A stretch of DNA of 64,000 nt from an uncultured Candidatus Saccharibacteria bacterium (GCA_964403045.1 CAYOEP010000002.1:2452-66451); one strand, 5' to 3'; positions 1 to 11,737 are shown, counted from the stretch's first letter. Notes: generated by a model from the sequence alone, not told the origin. A program made the numbers and translations.

Positions 1-438
1 AATCCAGTAGGTTCGGGAAATTCCCAGCATCTTTCTGACTGGTATTCGTTCTCGCATATCATTCACGGGTTTTTGTTCTATTTTTTCCTGTGGCTTGTGT
101 TGCGCCGCTTACCGCTGGGGGCGCGGTTTCTCGGGGCGCTTCTGGTCGAGACGGGGTGGGAGCTTTTGGAAAATACTGATTGGGTTATCAACTACTACCG
201 TACGGAGACAATCTCGCTCGACTACTACGGCGACAGCATCATTAACTCTGTGGCTGATGTGCTGTTTATGGCACTCGGGTTTTTTCTTGCGCGGCGGTTG
301 CCAGTAGGGGCAACGGTGGCACTTGCGGTCTTTTTTGAGCTCTTTACCCTCTACTTTATCCGCGACAATCTCACACTCAACGTGCTGATGTTGCTCTATC
401 CGCTCGAGGCAGTGAAGCGCTGGCAAATAGGCGGATAA
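1..438 (+). CDS. DUF2585/UPF0314-like small integral membrane protein; 5' end lies upstream of the window
   Basis: Frame 1 is open from base 1 and continues into the ORF-track protein ([15 protein letters not shown]...). It has multiple hydrophobic helices. The family assignment is from memory of similar small membrane proteins. Confidence 0.45.
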   Translation, partial: NPVGSGNSQHLSDWYSFSHIIHGFLFYFFLWLVLRRLPLGARFLGALLVETGWELLENTDWVINYYRTETISLDYYGDSIINSVADVLFMALGFFLARRLPVGATVALAVFFELFTLYFIRDNLTLNVLMLLYPLEAVKRWQIGG

Positions 439-442
439 AAAG

Positions 443-470
443 AAAGCCCCCGTGCCTGCAGCAGGGGGCT
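443..470. terminator. Intrinsic terminator hairpin between convergent genes
   Basis: AAGCCCCC-gtgcctgcagca-GGGGGCTT stem-loop lies between the stop of the + gene (438) and the stop of the minus gene (477). Confidence 0.5.
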
Positions 471-476
471 TGTGAT

Positions 477-980
477 TCAGTTGGTATTCCGCCGCCGCAC
501 TCGCAGGAGGAGCTGGCGGATTTTTCGGCGGTGGCTTTCGGGCGCGTCCGCCAGCCTATTTTCAATTTCCTTCACTTTTTCCACCAGCCGGGCGCACTCC
601 CGGCAGTGTTTGACATGACCCTCCACCTCTCGTTGCCTCCCGTTCAGACTGAGGCCCATCGCGAGGTGGACAAGCTCCTCCGATGGAGGATGGAATCCTG
701 GAGCTTCCTTAAGGAGATTTTGGAGGTATTTTAGGAAGTAATATTCTTCCTGGCATTCTCCGCACTCCTCGAGGTGCTTGTGGATTCTTCGGATAGTGAC
801 TTTGTCGAGGTCGGGCCGTCCCGGCCTCGCGTAGTCGGCGAGGAGCTGGAATGCTTCCTCGTGCGACATTTCCTGTTGTGCCGCGCGCCAGCGGATTGTT
901 GCGGCAACGGCAACTACTCCTCCGATTACCGCAAATGCTATCAGGATTGCGAGAACAACCGCGGCAATGAATAAACTCAA
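477..980 (-). CDS. Membrane-anchored protein with two zf-HC2 (H-x3-C-x2-C, ZAS-type) motifs; paralog B
   Basis: TTG at 980..978 is preceded by a strong SD (AAAGGAGGAAAA). The N-terminal TM helix is SLFIAAVVLAILIAFAVIGGVVAVAA. Two ZAS-like motifs follow: IHKHLEECGEC and HVKHCRECARL. The ORF track's longer version (to 1139) begins with GTG and has no RBS. Confidence 0.55.
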   Translation of the reverse strand: MSLFIAAVVLAILIAFAVIGGVVAVAATIRWRAAQQEMSHEEAFQLLADYARPGRPDLDKVTIRRIHKHLEECGECQEEYYFLKYLQNLLKEAPGFHPPSEELVHLAMGLSLNGRQREVEGHVKHCRECARLVEKVKEIENRLADAPESHRRKIRQLLLRVRRRNTN

Positions 981-1074
981 TTTTCCTCCTTTCTGGCGTA
1001 AGGGTGTACCGGTATAGTTTTTATCACAAATATTTGAGTAAGTCAATTCCCTGCGCGGAGCGCTGTTCTGCGGG

Positions 1075-1105
1075 AAAAATCTCCGCGGTACCGCGGAGAT
1101 TTTTA
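1075..1105. terminator. Perfectly symmetric bidirectional terminator (contains GGTACC)
   Basis: AAAAAT-CTCCGCGGTACCGCGGAG-ATTTTT is a palindromic stem with an A-run and a T-run on the two sides. It lies 18 nt downstream of the minus-strand gene ending at 1123. Confidence 0.6.
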
Positions 1106-1122
1106 TGGGGAAAGGGGATACG

Positions 1123-1392
1123 CTAGCCGCGCCGCTCACGCAGACGTTTCAGGTTTTCGATGGTAACCATAATCTCCCTCGCGTCTCGGCATTCTCTGCA
1201 CTGCGTGAGGTGGGCGTTGATTTTCCGTTCCTGTTCGTGGTTGAGCTCGCCCCGTACGAATTTTGGAATGAGCTTGAGCAGAATCTCATCGTGGGGGTTT
1301 TGTACTGCTTTTCTCTCGCCCACGATAAGAATCAAAATGACGATGAAAGCGCCAACTACCAGTGCAATCCCGACAGCTCCCGTGAAGGTCAT
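1123..1392 (-). CDS. Small membrane-anchored zf-HC2 protein; paralog A
   Basis: ATG at 1392 has an SD (GAGGAA) 5 nt upstream. The N-terminal TM helix is GAVGIALVVGAFIVILILIVG. The C-terminal FVRGELNHEQERKINAHLTQCREC matches the zf-HC2 anti-sigma signature (YLDGEL...HL.xCxxC). Confidence 0.6.
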   Translation of the reverse strand: MTFTGAVGIALVVGAFIVILILIVGERKAVQNPHDEILLKLIPKFVRGELNHEQERKINAHLTQCRECRDAREIMVTIENLKRLRERRG

Positions 1393-1485
1393 TGTTCCTC
1401 ATTTCCGCAATGAGGAGTGCCACGGTTGTTGTAGCAAGTTTTGGGGAGCACTGTCAAGGAGAAGAAGAAAATGGCATAATAAATA

Positions 1486-1494
1486 TGGTATAAT
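1486..1494 (+). promoter_or_regulatory. Extended -10 promoter (TGGTATAAT) giving a leaderless transcript for the 1501 gene
   Basis: TGGTATAAT ends 6 nt before ATG 1501. There is no SD. Confidence 0.5.
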
Positions 1495-1500
1495 AGCAGC

Positions 1501-2256
1501 ATGCGGGAAAATCATAGTAGTCTTAGCAAAAGAGGGGGGTTTGCCGCCGCGCTGTTGCTTGCCGCAGCTGCGGCGGTGGTAGTTGCAGGCGCAGTAACAT
1601 TCGTCTACGTTGCCCGGAAGAGCTCGCCGGCATCCCCGCCGCGCGGGTCATTCCATGGGCCTACTACTCCTCCTCCTGTCCCTGTTTCCCAAGGGAACAA
1701 CGGAGGAGCGAACGGCACGGATTTTGAAGGTGCGAATGACAGGCCGGCGGGGGCAGAAAATGAATACGCATTCCATATTGCGCCGACGGCATACCAGGGG
1801 CCGGAATGGTCGCGTTTTTCAGGGGAAGGATTTTCCTTCGCTGTCCCGCTCTCTCGAGAGCAGGTTCAAGTGGAGCAGGGAGAGGGATATTTGCGGCTTT
1901 ACGGAAACTGCAGCGAGAAAGTTCCACCCGATGGCGGTTTTGGCAATTGCGAGTACTATGTGGCGGCAGAGGTACTGCCGGGCCCGCTGCGGGAGAGCGC
2001 AATCCCGTCATATTTCCAGCATGAAGGAGGAGGGGTCATTACCAAAGTACGAGTCAACGGGAGAAAATTCTACATTGGGCGGCGCAGTGTTTATGCAACT
2101 GAACTTTGGGAGACATACACCAGCTGGGACGAAAAAGTACTCAACATCTCTTTTGGAGGAAGGGCGTTTGTTCGGAGCGGAGGCGAGACTATTACCAAGG
2201 AGGAGCTCGATGCAATCGTGCCGGTGCTTGCTTCAATTTCCCCCAGTGCAATGTAG
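1501..2256 (+). CDS. Hypothetical signal-anchored secreted protein
   Basis: The N-terminal hydrophobic stretch is AALLLAAAAAVVVAGAVTFVYV. A P/G-rich linker is followed by a globular C-terminal part. No family was recognised. The overlapping +2 ORF (1610..2308) is R-rich, low complexity and rejected. Confidence 0.5.
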   Translation: MRENHSSLSKRGGFAAALLLAAAAAVVVAGAVTFVYVARKSSPASPPRGSFHGPTTPPPVPVSQGNNGGANGTDFEGANDRPAGAENEYAFHIAPTAYQGPEWSRFSGEGFSFAVPLSREQVQVEQGEGYLRLYGNCSEKVPPDGGFGNCEYYVAAEVLPGPLRESAIPSYFQHEGGGVITKVRVNGRKFYIGRRSVYATELWETYTSWDEKVLNISFGGRAFVRSGGETITKEELDAIVPVLASISPSAM

Positions 2257-2354
2257 TACACGCTCCCGCGTAGCGCGTTGTAGTTTTCGTGGGACTGTGC
2301 TATTCTAGCTAGTACCAGAGAGAAAGGTCGAAAAGCTAGCAGGAGAACAAATCT

Positions 2355-2579
2355 ATGGAACATTACGTATGCAAGGGATGCGGAGGCGTTTCCCAGACCG
2401 CAGGAACGTGCCAGGGCGAGAATTGCCCCAACAAGGGGCAGGCGCTTGAGGCATGCAGCTGTGGCGACGCTTCCAAGCATTCTCAGGCAGGAATGGGAGG
2501 ATCGCAGGAATCTGCACCCCAGCAGCCTCCCCAGCAGGAAGGGCAGCAGCCTGAGCAGCCGCAGCAGCCCGCTGCATAG
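2355..2579 (+). CDS. Small Cys-rich (C-x2-C-x9-C-x4-C-x9-C-x-C) protein with a Q/P-rich tail; putative metal-binding
   Basis: The SD is good (GCAGGAGAACAAATCT-ATG). Six Cys fall within 36 residues. The tail is low complexity (QQPPQQEGQQPEQPQQP). Confidence 0.5.
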   Translation: MEHYVCKGCGGVSQTAGTCQGENCPNKGQALEACSCGDASKHSQAGMGGSQESAPQQPPQQEGQQPEQPQQPAA

Positions 2580-2801
2580 GGCGCATTCCCTTTTTGTGAA
2601 AGATGCCTCTCGTATGAGAAGGAATTTTTCCTTTCATTCGTTTGCTGGCAGCTTGCGGCAAAATATGCTACGGGAGAGACTATTAGCAATGAGGGCTCTG
2701 GAGGAAATTTCTACGCACATTCATGAGCCCCCATTGCTGTTCCGGCCTGTTGTTTTCGTTGCATGTACTATAAGGTCGTCGCGTGCATTGTCCATAGTCC
2801 A

Positions 2802-2984
2802 ATGAGTGACATTTCTCGAAAGCGAAGAAGGTTACAAATACGACAGAGGAGGAAGCGTCGTGCAAAGCTCGCGAAGTTGCGCGAGAAGTATGCGCGCGCG
2901 AGCGACCCGCAGCAGCGTGCGGCAATTGCAGCGAAGGCGCGGCGCGTGCAGCCGGCAGGGGATATTCTTTCCTCGTTTTCCTAA
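2802..2984 (+). CDS. Hypothetical small highly basic protein (K/R-rich)
   Basis: The ORF ends just before a + oriented terminator at 3013. There is no SD, and the start (2802 vs 2763) is ambiguous. This is a weak call. Confidence 0.25.
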   Translation: MSDISRKRRRLQIRQRRKRRAKLAKLREKYARASDPQQRAAIAAKARRVQPAGDILSSFS

Positions 2985-3012
2985 TTCGCAATTTTTTTCC
3001 TCACTATGAAAG

Positions 3013-3036
3013 CTGCCCCCCGCAAGGGGGATTTTT
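3013..3036 (+). terminator. Intrinsic terminator
   Basis: CCCCCC-GCAA-GGGGG stem followed by ATTTTTGACTTTTT. Confidence 0.55.
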
Positions 3037-3063
3037 GACTTTTTACTCGCCCTTCCCTATGCT
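3035..3063 (+). promoter_or_regulatory. Sigma70-like promoter TTGACT-N17-TATGCT upstream of the methyltransferase gene
   Basis: The hexamers and spacing were read directly. The downstream ATG 3136 carries a purine-rich SD (GGAGGAGG). Confidence 0.45.
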
Positions 3064-3135
3064 GGGAGCGGCACATATTCATGCGTTATTGGAGATGACG
3101 GTGGTGGTGATGATGATGAGGGAGGAGGAATTACG

Positions 3136-3720
3136 ATGAAGGCATTTCTTCGTGTCGCGCTTCGCGATTTTCTGAAGGTGGGCGCGGTGTTGCCGAGTTC
3201 TCGGTATGCCGCGCGGCGCATTGTGGCGCTGGCGCCGCGCCAGTGCAAGATGGTAGTGGAGTATGGCGCCGGGAATGGTGCGATCACGCGCGCCCTGCTA
3301 TGGTCGCCGGTGCTTGCGCCGAATGGGATACTCATTGCCATTGAGCAGAATGCAGAATTCTGCAGAGCGCTGCGTGCTATCCCCGATCCCCGCTTGAAAG
3401 TGTACGAAGGGGATGTAGCAACATTCTGCAACCGCTTTCTCCTCAGCGGCAAGCGGGCTGACCTGATAGTATCTGGAATTCCATTCTCATTTCTTTCTCC
3501 TGCGGCGCGAAAGACGCTTCTCCGCAAAGCTTACTCTATTCTCTGTCGAGGGGGAGTGTTTATTGTCTATCAGCATTCCCCGCTCTTGGCGGGGTATCTG
3601 AAGGACATTTTTGGGAATGTCCAGCGCTCGGTGGAATGGCGCAATTTTCCCCCTTACGTGGTGATGCGGTCTGCAAAGATGTTGTCCCAGGACGATAAGT
3701 TTTCCACAGCTTTTTGTTGA
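3136..3720 (+). CDS. Class I SAM-dependent methyltransferase
   Basis: It carries VVEYGAGNGAITRAL, a motif I (hh(D/E)hGxGxG) fold signature. The N-terminus (LPSSRYAARRIV) resembles the rRNA-adenine/phospholipid N-methyltransferase family. Confidence 0.65.
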   Translation: MKAFLRVALRDFLKVGAVLPSSRYAARRIVALAPRQCKMVVEYGAGNGAITRALLWSPVLAPNGILIAIEQNAEFCRALRAIPDPRLKVYEGDVATFCNRFLLSGKRADLIVSGIPFSFLSPAARKTLLRKAYSILCRGGVFIVYQHSPLLAGYLKDIFGNVQRSVEWRNFPPYVVMRSAKMLSQDDKFSTAFC

Positions 3721-3810
3721 CAGACAGGAAGGGGCACTTTACCTTTAAGGGTAGAACTTCCACAACTAAACACTTTTTCCATTACTGCCGCTTGGCAGCC
3801 AAAAACGCGA

Positions 3811-3843
3811 GGGTCCTCCAAGAAGAGGACCCTTTTGCTTTTT
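3811..3843. terminator. Bidirectional intrinsic terminator between convergent genes
   Basis: GGGTCCTC-caagaa-GAGGACCC followed by TTTTGCTTTTT, with AAAAA before the stem. Confidence 0.6.
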
Positions 3844-3914
3844 GCGCGCCCGAGCTGAAAGGAATGTGATCAAGATTAGAGACGACTTTCCTGAAAGGAA
3901 CGGGAAAGCGCAAG

Positions 3915-4967
3915 CTATTCCGGTTTCTCATCGGGCTTTTCTTGCTCGAGGAGCTGCAGTACTTTTTCATTGGTGAGCACCTTCCGTACGTAGGAGCGAA
4001 TGAGCTCTGGATCCTGGTTGGGATTGCGCTGCTGGAGCAGCTTGGCGCTGGCGGCAACTTCTTCGTCGTCGACTGTAATGTGCTCCCGTTCTGCAATTTT
4101 TTCAAAAATGAGGCGTGCTTTGAGCTGGCGGATAACGTAGTCCCGGTGCTCTTGCCGCACCTGCTCGGCAGTCTTTTTGGTATGGGCAAGGTATTCGGCA
4201 AGGCTGGTGCCCGATTGTTTGAGATATTTCTCAAAATCCCTTTCCGTTTTTTCTGTTTCTTCATCGATGAGTGCCTCGGGGAGCGTGATAGTGGTTGCCT
4301 CGATGAGTGCTGCGGCGATGCGTTCCCGTAATTGTCTCTTGATCCCTTCCCTCTTTTCTTGTTGGAGGTGCTGGCGCACTTTTTCTCGAAGGTCGTTCAC
4401 GTTCTTGAACGACCCCATCTTTTGGGCAATTTCGTCGGTGGGCAGCTTAGGTTCATCAGCGGTTTTGCTGCTTGAAGCTGTCTTGCTGAGATAAAGCTTT
4501 GTCAGAGTAGTGAGTGCTTGCGTTACTTCTTCATCGGTCACTTCTGTAGAAGGCTGCTGTTCCAAGACGGTGCGCGCGATGCGGCGGTAGTCTGGCAGCT
4601 GCAGTGGCGGGGCAGTGAAAATCTGCACCACAAATGCAACTGGCTGTTTTGGCGCGAGGCGGGTGATTTGGATGCGCGGCGGCGCGAGCGGTGCTACCTT
4701 TCTTTCCGCAAGGAGGCGCGGTGCCGTATCCTGTAGCGCTATTCTCGCAGCTTCTTCGAGAATTGCCGCTTCGCCCACTTCGCGTTTTACAATGTCGTCT
4801 GGCGCCCTACCTTTTCTGAATCCAGGCACGGCAAGATCACTGCGAAATTTCTCTAGCGCTTTTTGGAGGTAGGATGCAAGTTTCGCAGGGGGAATTTCGC
4901 CGTGAATTTCCACAACGCCTTCGTTTGTTTCGCGGATATTGTTGATGTGGTAGATGGATTGATCCAT
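3915..4967 (-). CDS. tig: Trigger factor, short form lacking the central PPIase domain
   Basis: The N-terminal ribosome-binding signature GFRKGRAP is present. The C-terminal domain is charged and helical. At 350 aa it is roughly 80 aa shorter than canonical Tig. Confidence 0.7.
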   Translation of the reverse strand: MDQSIYHINNIRETNEGVVEIHGEIPPAKLASYLQKALEKFRSDLAVPGFRKGRAPDDIVKREVGEAAILEEAARIALQDTAPRLLAERKVAPLAPPRIQITRLAPKQPVAFVVQIFTAPPLQLPDYRRIARTVLEQQPSTEVTDEEVTQALTTLTKLYLSKTASSSKTADEPKLPTDEIAQKMGSFKNVNDLREKVRQHLQQEKREGIKRQLRERIAAALIEATTITLPEALIDEETEKTERDFEKYLKQSGTSLAEYLAHTKKTAEQVRQEHRDYVIRQLKARLIFEKIAEREHITVDDEEVAASAKLLQQRNPNQDPELIRSYVRKVLTNEKVLQLLEQEKPDEKPE

Positions 4968-5040
4968 GTGGATTGAGAGGGATGCAGTAGGTATAGCATA
5001 CGCGACGGGAATAGAATACGCAACTTTCTCGAATGGGAAA

Positions 5041-5063
5041 GCCGCCCGAAGTGGGGCGGCTTT
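5041..5063. terminator. Intrinsic terminator downstream of the atp operon
   Basis: GCCGCCC-gaagt-GGGGCGGC followed by TTT. Confidence 0.55.
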
Positions 5064-5078
5064 GATGGGATGCAGAGA

Positions 5079-5524
5079 CTAGGAAATGATGCGAGTGTCG
5101 CGGAAGGTGACAAATACGGGAATGATTTCCACGCCGTTCTGCAGGCGTGCTGTGAGCAGTTGTTTTGCCTGCTGCAAGTCCCGCGTGAGCGTGATGCGTT
5201 CTGCCTCCTCGTTGTCGTTGAATGCTTTTCTCCCGCCATAGGCACCGCAGTCCGTGTGGAGCATCAAAATGACTTTTGCGGGATGGTGCAGGCGGATCGA
5301 AGTTTTAATTTGCTTTACTAGTGCTTCTCGGTCAGCATCGTTGTCTGCCTTGACAAGTGCCTTCGCGCCGCCTGCTACAGAGACAAGGTCGTAGTGGCGG
5401 AGCCCAAGCGACTGCGCGAGCGCCTCGCGCGCGGGGCGAAACCGATCGTCGAAGCACCACACCACGCATGCATCCGCAGTATAGTGCTCCTTATTGCATT
5501 GGTGTTGGCACAGCGGGTTGTCCA

Positions 5525-5528
<4 letters not shown>
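5079..5528 (-). CDS. Beta-class carbonic anhydrase-like protein (short Cab/Rv1284-like form)
   Basis: It has C-x-D-x-R (CFDDRF) and H-x2-C-G (HTDCGAYGG) motifs in the order and spacing typical of beta-carbonic anhydrase zinc ligands. At 149 aa it is short. It overlaps the atpC stop by 4 nt. Confidence 0.45.
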
Positions 5529-8180
<2,652 letters not shown>

Positions 8181-8186
8181 GGTACG

Positions 8187-9719
8187 TTAATTATTGTTCA
8201 TCGAGAAAAACTGCTCTACTGCCTTTGCAAGTGCTTTTTCTGTTGCTTCGTCTAATTTTCCGGACTTACGGATTGGCGAGAGGATATCCTGCTCGTGTTG
8301 GGCGGCGATAAAATCGAGAAGCTCATTCTCGCGCTTTTTGATTGAAGATACTTCAACTTTGTCGAAATAGCTGTTGAGCGCCGCGTAGAGCACGACGACC
8401 TGCTGCTCAAACGGCATGGGGTTGAGGTCAGTTTGCTTGAGCACCTCCGTGACAGCTTGGCCGTGGGTGATACGCGCCCGCGTTGCTGCATCAACATCTG
8501 CGGCGAACTGCACGAATGCCTGCAACTCTCGGAATTGCGCGAGTGCGAGGCGGAGCTTTCCTGCCACTTTCTTCATCGCTTTCGTTTGCGCAGAGGATCC
8601 CACGCGGGACACAGAAAGCCCTACATTAATGGCGGGACGGACGCCTTGATGAAAGAGGTTGCTCTCAAGGTAAATTTGGCCGTCGGTGATGGAGATAACG
8701 TTCGTCGGGATATAGGCGGTGACGTCGCCGAGTTGGGTTTCGATAATAGGAAGCGCAGTCAGCGAGCCGCCGCCTTTCTCTTTGCTCAGCTTTGCGGCGC
8801 GCTCCAAGAGGCGGGAGTGGAGGTAGAAAATATCTCCCGGGTATGCCTCGCGGCCCGGCGGTCGCCGCAACAAGAGCGAGATTTGGCGGTATGCCCACGC
8901 GTGCTTGGAAAGATCGTCATAAATGACCAGTGCATCTTCGCCTTTGTCGCGGAAATATTCTCCAATCGCGCATCCTGCGAAGGGGGCGAGGTACCACAAT
9001 GCTGCCGGGGAAGATGCGGGAGCAGAGACAATGATGGTATAGTCCAGCGCGCCGTGCTGCCGCAGGGTTTCGACTATGCGTGCGATTTTCGCTTCTTTTT
9101 GTCCTACGGCGACATAAATGCAGACAGGGGTGCGCAGGGGATCATTTTTTTGTGCGATAATGGCATCAAGGGCGATGGCGGTTTTCCCCGTCTGCCGGTC
9201 GCCGATGATGAGCTCGCGCTGTCCTCGCCCGATGGGTATCATCGCATCGATAGATTTAATGCCGGTGTGGAGCGGTGTATTGACGGGTTCCCGGTCAAGT
9301 ACTGAGGGAGCTCTTTCTTCAAGGAACCGGCGTGCACGCTCATCGCCTTCTTGAAAAACAGGTCCTTGGTTGTCGAGGGGATTGCCCAATGGATCAATTA
9401 CGCGTCCCTTCATCGCGTCGCCTACTTCCAGCGAGAGAATTTCCCCCGTCCCTTTTACCTCATCGCCTACCTTGATGTGGATGTAGTCATCAACGACCAG
9501 CGCACCTATCGCATTTTCTTCGAGGTTCAAGGCAAGCGCTCGGCGGGGCCCCTTGTCAGTCTGGATAGTAAGAAGTTCCTGGCTTTTCGCGCCAGTAAGT
9601 CCGGTGATTCTCACGATACCGTCTCCCACTTCTTCCACTTTGCCAATTTCTTCCCACTTGGGGTCATCTTGATAGTTGGCAATTTCCTTTTTTAGTTTTT
9701 CGATTATTTCGTAGGACAT
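8187..9719 (-). CDS. atpA: F0F1 ATP synthase alpha subunit
   Basis: Walker A is GDRQTGKT. The length is 510 aa with alpha-typical conservation throughout. Confidence 0.95.
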   Translation of the reverse strand: MSYEIIEKLKKEIANYQDDPKWEEIGKVEEVGDGIVRITGLTGAKSQELLTIQTDKGPRRALALNLEENAIGALVVDDYIHIKVGDEVKGTGEILSLEVGDAMKGRVIDPLGNPLDNQGPVFQEGDERARRFLEERAPSVLDREPVNTPLHTGIKSIDAMIPIGRGQRELIIGDRQTGKTAIALDAIIAQKNDPLRTPVCIYVAVGQKEAKIARIVETLRQHGALDYTIIVSAPASSPAALWYLAPFAGCAIGEYFRDKGEDALVIYDDLSKHAWAYRQISLLLRRPPGREAYPGDIFYLHSRLLERAAKLSKEKGGGSLTALPIIETQLGDVTAYIPTNVISITDGQIYLESNLFHQGVRPAINVGLSVSRVGSSAQTKAMKKVAGKLRLALAQFRELQAFVQFAADVDAATRARITHGQAVTEVLKQTDLNPMPFEQQVVVLYAALNSYFDKVEVSSIKKRENELLDFIAAQHEQDILSPIRKSGKLDEATEKALAKAVEQFFSMNNN

Positions 9720-9728
9720 ATAGGCTGC

Positions 9729-10130
9729 TTATGTGTATTGCGACGCGTTGGGGAACATCTGTTGTAGTTTCCTCTTGAGGGAGCAGTCGAGGCGCATGGT
9801 GTCATTGATGGTGAGCCGTACTCCTGCGATGAGAGCAGGATTGAGGCGGGTTGTGACAACATCGGAAGACTTGAGGAAACTGCCAAACAGTTTATCTGCG
9901 CTTTCCTGCGGTGTGCGGGCGAATTCAATATCTACTTTCCTTCTGCCCGTGCGTGCAAGCAGGAGTCGTTCTGCCTCTCGGAGTATCTTTTTTGCCCGCG
10001 CCCGCATCCCGTGCCGCGTAAGGAGAGCGAGAAATCGCTGGCAAATGCGCGCTTGTGCTTCCTCTGAGGGGTTATCTGTGGCGAGCACTTCGGCGAGCGC
10101 ACGTGCGTAGTAGCTGGATGGGTACTTCAT
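9729..10130 (-). CDS. atpH: F0F1 ATP synthase delta subunit (short)
   Basis: It sits between atpF and atpA and has an OSCP-like helical N-terminus (YARALAEV). The call rests mainly on synteny. Confidence 0.65.
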   Translation of the reverse strand: MKYPSSYYARALAEVLATDNPSEEAQARICQRFLALLTRHGMRARAKKILREAERLLLARTGRRKVDIEFARTPQESADKLFGSFLKSSDVVTTRLNPALIAGVRLTINDTMRLDCSLKRKLQQMFPNASQYT

Positions 10131-10636
10131 TGTGAATTATTCTTTGCCGCCTCCCGCACTGCCTGCGCAATGAGCTCCTTGTCGAACTGTTCGGGCGCAA
10201 GGTGGGCGAGGCGTGCACAGGCGTCGCGCACCAAGGCTTCTGCCTCTCGCGCAATGCGTTGTTTTGTCTCTAATGCCTTTGCGGCGATGAGTCGCTCAGC
10301 ATTTTGTAGCAGTTCGCGTTCTTTTTGATGTGCTTGTTGTATGATTTTCTGTTCTTTCTCCTTCCCTCGCTTTTCTGCGTCGCGAATGATGTGAACAGCG
10401 TGCTGTTCTGCTTCGTTGAGCTTTTCTTTCGCGTATTCTCCTGCTTCTTTCAGGCGTTCCTCTGCACGTGCTGCCTTTTCAATGCCTTCCTGAATCTTGC
10501 GCTTCCGTTCATGGAGGACGTGAATAATAGGCTGATAGACGAATTTCTTGAGAACGAGCAGCAGCACTAGAAAATTCACTATCTGCGCAAGCAACAGCTT
10601 CCAATCTATCCCGAGTTTTGTGAGAAGTTCCTGCAT
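10127..10636 (-). CDS. atpF: F0F1 ATP synthase subunit b
   Basis: An N-terminal TM helix is followed by a long charged coiled-coil. The position in the operon fits. Confidence 0.75.
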   Translation of the reverse strand: MQELLTKLGIDWKLLLAQIVNFLVLLLVLKKFVYQPIIHVLHERKRKIQEGIEKAARAEERLKEAGEYAKEKLNEAEQHAVHIIRDAEKRGKEKEQKIIQQAHQKERELLQNAERLIAAKALETKQRIAREAEALVRDACARLAHLAPEQFDKELIAQAVREAAKNNSQ

Positions 10637-10676
10637 AGGGAAGGAAAAATGTAGGTATGAAGCTTTCTGCTTCTGC

Positions 10677-10940
10677 CTACACGAATTTAATGATGAGTGC
10701 GACTACTAATGCGTAGATTGCGATCGCTTCCGCGAACGCGATCGCAAGAATCATCGCGGTTTGGATTTTCGGCGCTGCTTCCGGATTCCTTCCGATTGCA
10801 TCGGATGCTTTTGACCCGATAAGGCCAATTGCAATGCTGGGTGCGATTGCGCCTATGCCAATTGCGAGTGCGGACGCGAGGAGGCGGATAGATTCTACAT
10901 CAAGAATTCCTCCTGTGATTTGTTGTGCTACTTCCTGCAT
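10677..10940 (-). CDS. atpE: F0F1 ATP synthase subunit c
   Basis: It is an 87 aa two-helix hairpin with a conserved carboxylate helix (AIAFAEAIAIYALVVAL). Confidence 0.9.
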   Translation of the reverse strand: MQEVAQQITGGILDVESIRLLASALAIGIGAIAPSIAIGLIGSKASDAIGRNPEAAPKIQTAMILAIAFAEAIAIYALVVALIIKFV

Positions 10941-10981
10941 GGATTTTGTATCAAAGAGTATACTTTCCGACCTTTATACAG

Positions 10982-11737
10982 TTATACAGTATGGCTGCTA
11001 TGGTCTGCAGTGGCGATTGCAATGAATACAAGGGAGAGCATTGCAAATACAAATGCTTGGATAAAGCCGACAAATATTTCCAGCAAGAGGAAAGGAAGTG
11101 GCGCAAGGTAGGGAATAAGGAACGCGACAATTACAAGCAACACTTCGCCGGCGAATATGTTCCCGAAAAGACGAAACGAGAACGAGACTATTTTAGCAAC
11201 CTCTGAGACGAATTCAAGAATTCCGATAAAAAATCCTACTGGGCTTTTGAAATTGAAAAACTTTCCTAGATGGCTTTTCGCGCCAAGTGAAAGAATGGCA
11301 AAGAGGTTGGTGGCTACTACTGAGACTATGGCAACAGCAAGAGTAAAGTTCAAGTCACTGGAAGGAGCGCGGAAGAGAGGAACAACCTCCTCGCCATGCT
11401 GGATGAGGATGGTCCCCATTCCCGGCAGCAGTCCAACCCAGTTTGAAAATAGCACGGAGAAGAAGATTGTGGCAATGAGGGGAAGATATCGCTCCGCGAG
11501 CTTTCTGCTGCCGAGCACAGACTCCATTGTTGTGAGAATTGTCTCGATGAGCACTTCGGTAAGGTTTTGGAGCGCTGTGGGAATAAGCGCAAGTTTTCTT
11601 TTGATGGCGAGCGCAATCCCGAGAAACAACAGAAAGAGAAGAACGCTGACAAGCAGCGTGTTGGTGAAAGGAAAGGTACCGAGCGGCAGTACCTGCTCGG
11701 CGTTTAGCTGGATATGCGGTCCTCCGGTAGGCTCCAT
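10982..11737 (-). CDS. atpB: F0F1 ATP synthase subunit a
   Basis: It has a multi-TM topology and the conserved Arg-containing helix 4 motif (SFSFRLFGNIFAGE). Confidence 0.9.
   Translation of the reverse strand: MEPTGGPHIQLNAEQVLPLGTFPFTNTLLVSVLLFLLFLGIALAIKRKLALIPTALQNLTEVLIETILTTMESVLGSRKLAERYLPLIATIFFSVLFSNWVGLLPGMGTILIQHGEEVVPLFRAPSSDLNFTLAVAIVSVVATNLFAILSLGAKSHLGKFFNFKSPVGFFIGILEFVSEVAKIVSFSFRLFGNIFAGEVLLVIVAFLIPYLAPLPFLLLEIFVGFIQAFVFAMLSLVFIAIATADHSSHTV

Noticed and set aside
2446-2991. Overlapping ORFs (119 aa +, 102 aa -, 68 aa -) between the Cys-rich gene and the methyltransferase
   Set aside because: They are R/S/A-rich low-complexity translations without RBS. Only the short basic + strand ORF ending at the 3013 terminator was kept, at low confidence.
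3057-3527. 156-aa minus-strand ORF overlapping the methyltransferase gene
   Set aside because: It lies fully antisense to a CDS with a clear SAM-binding motif and a good SD. No motif was recognised, and the sense gene explains the region.
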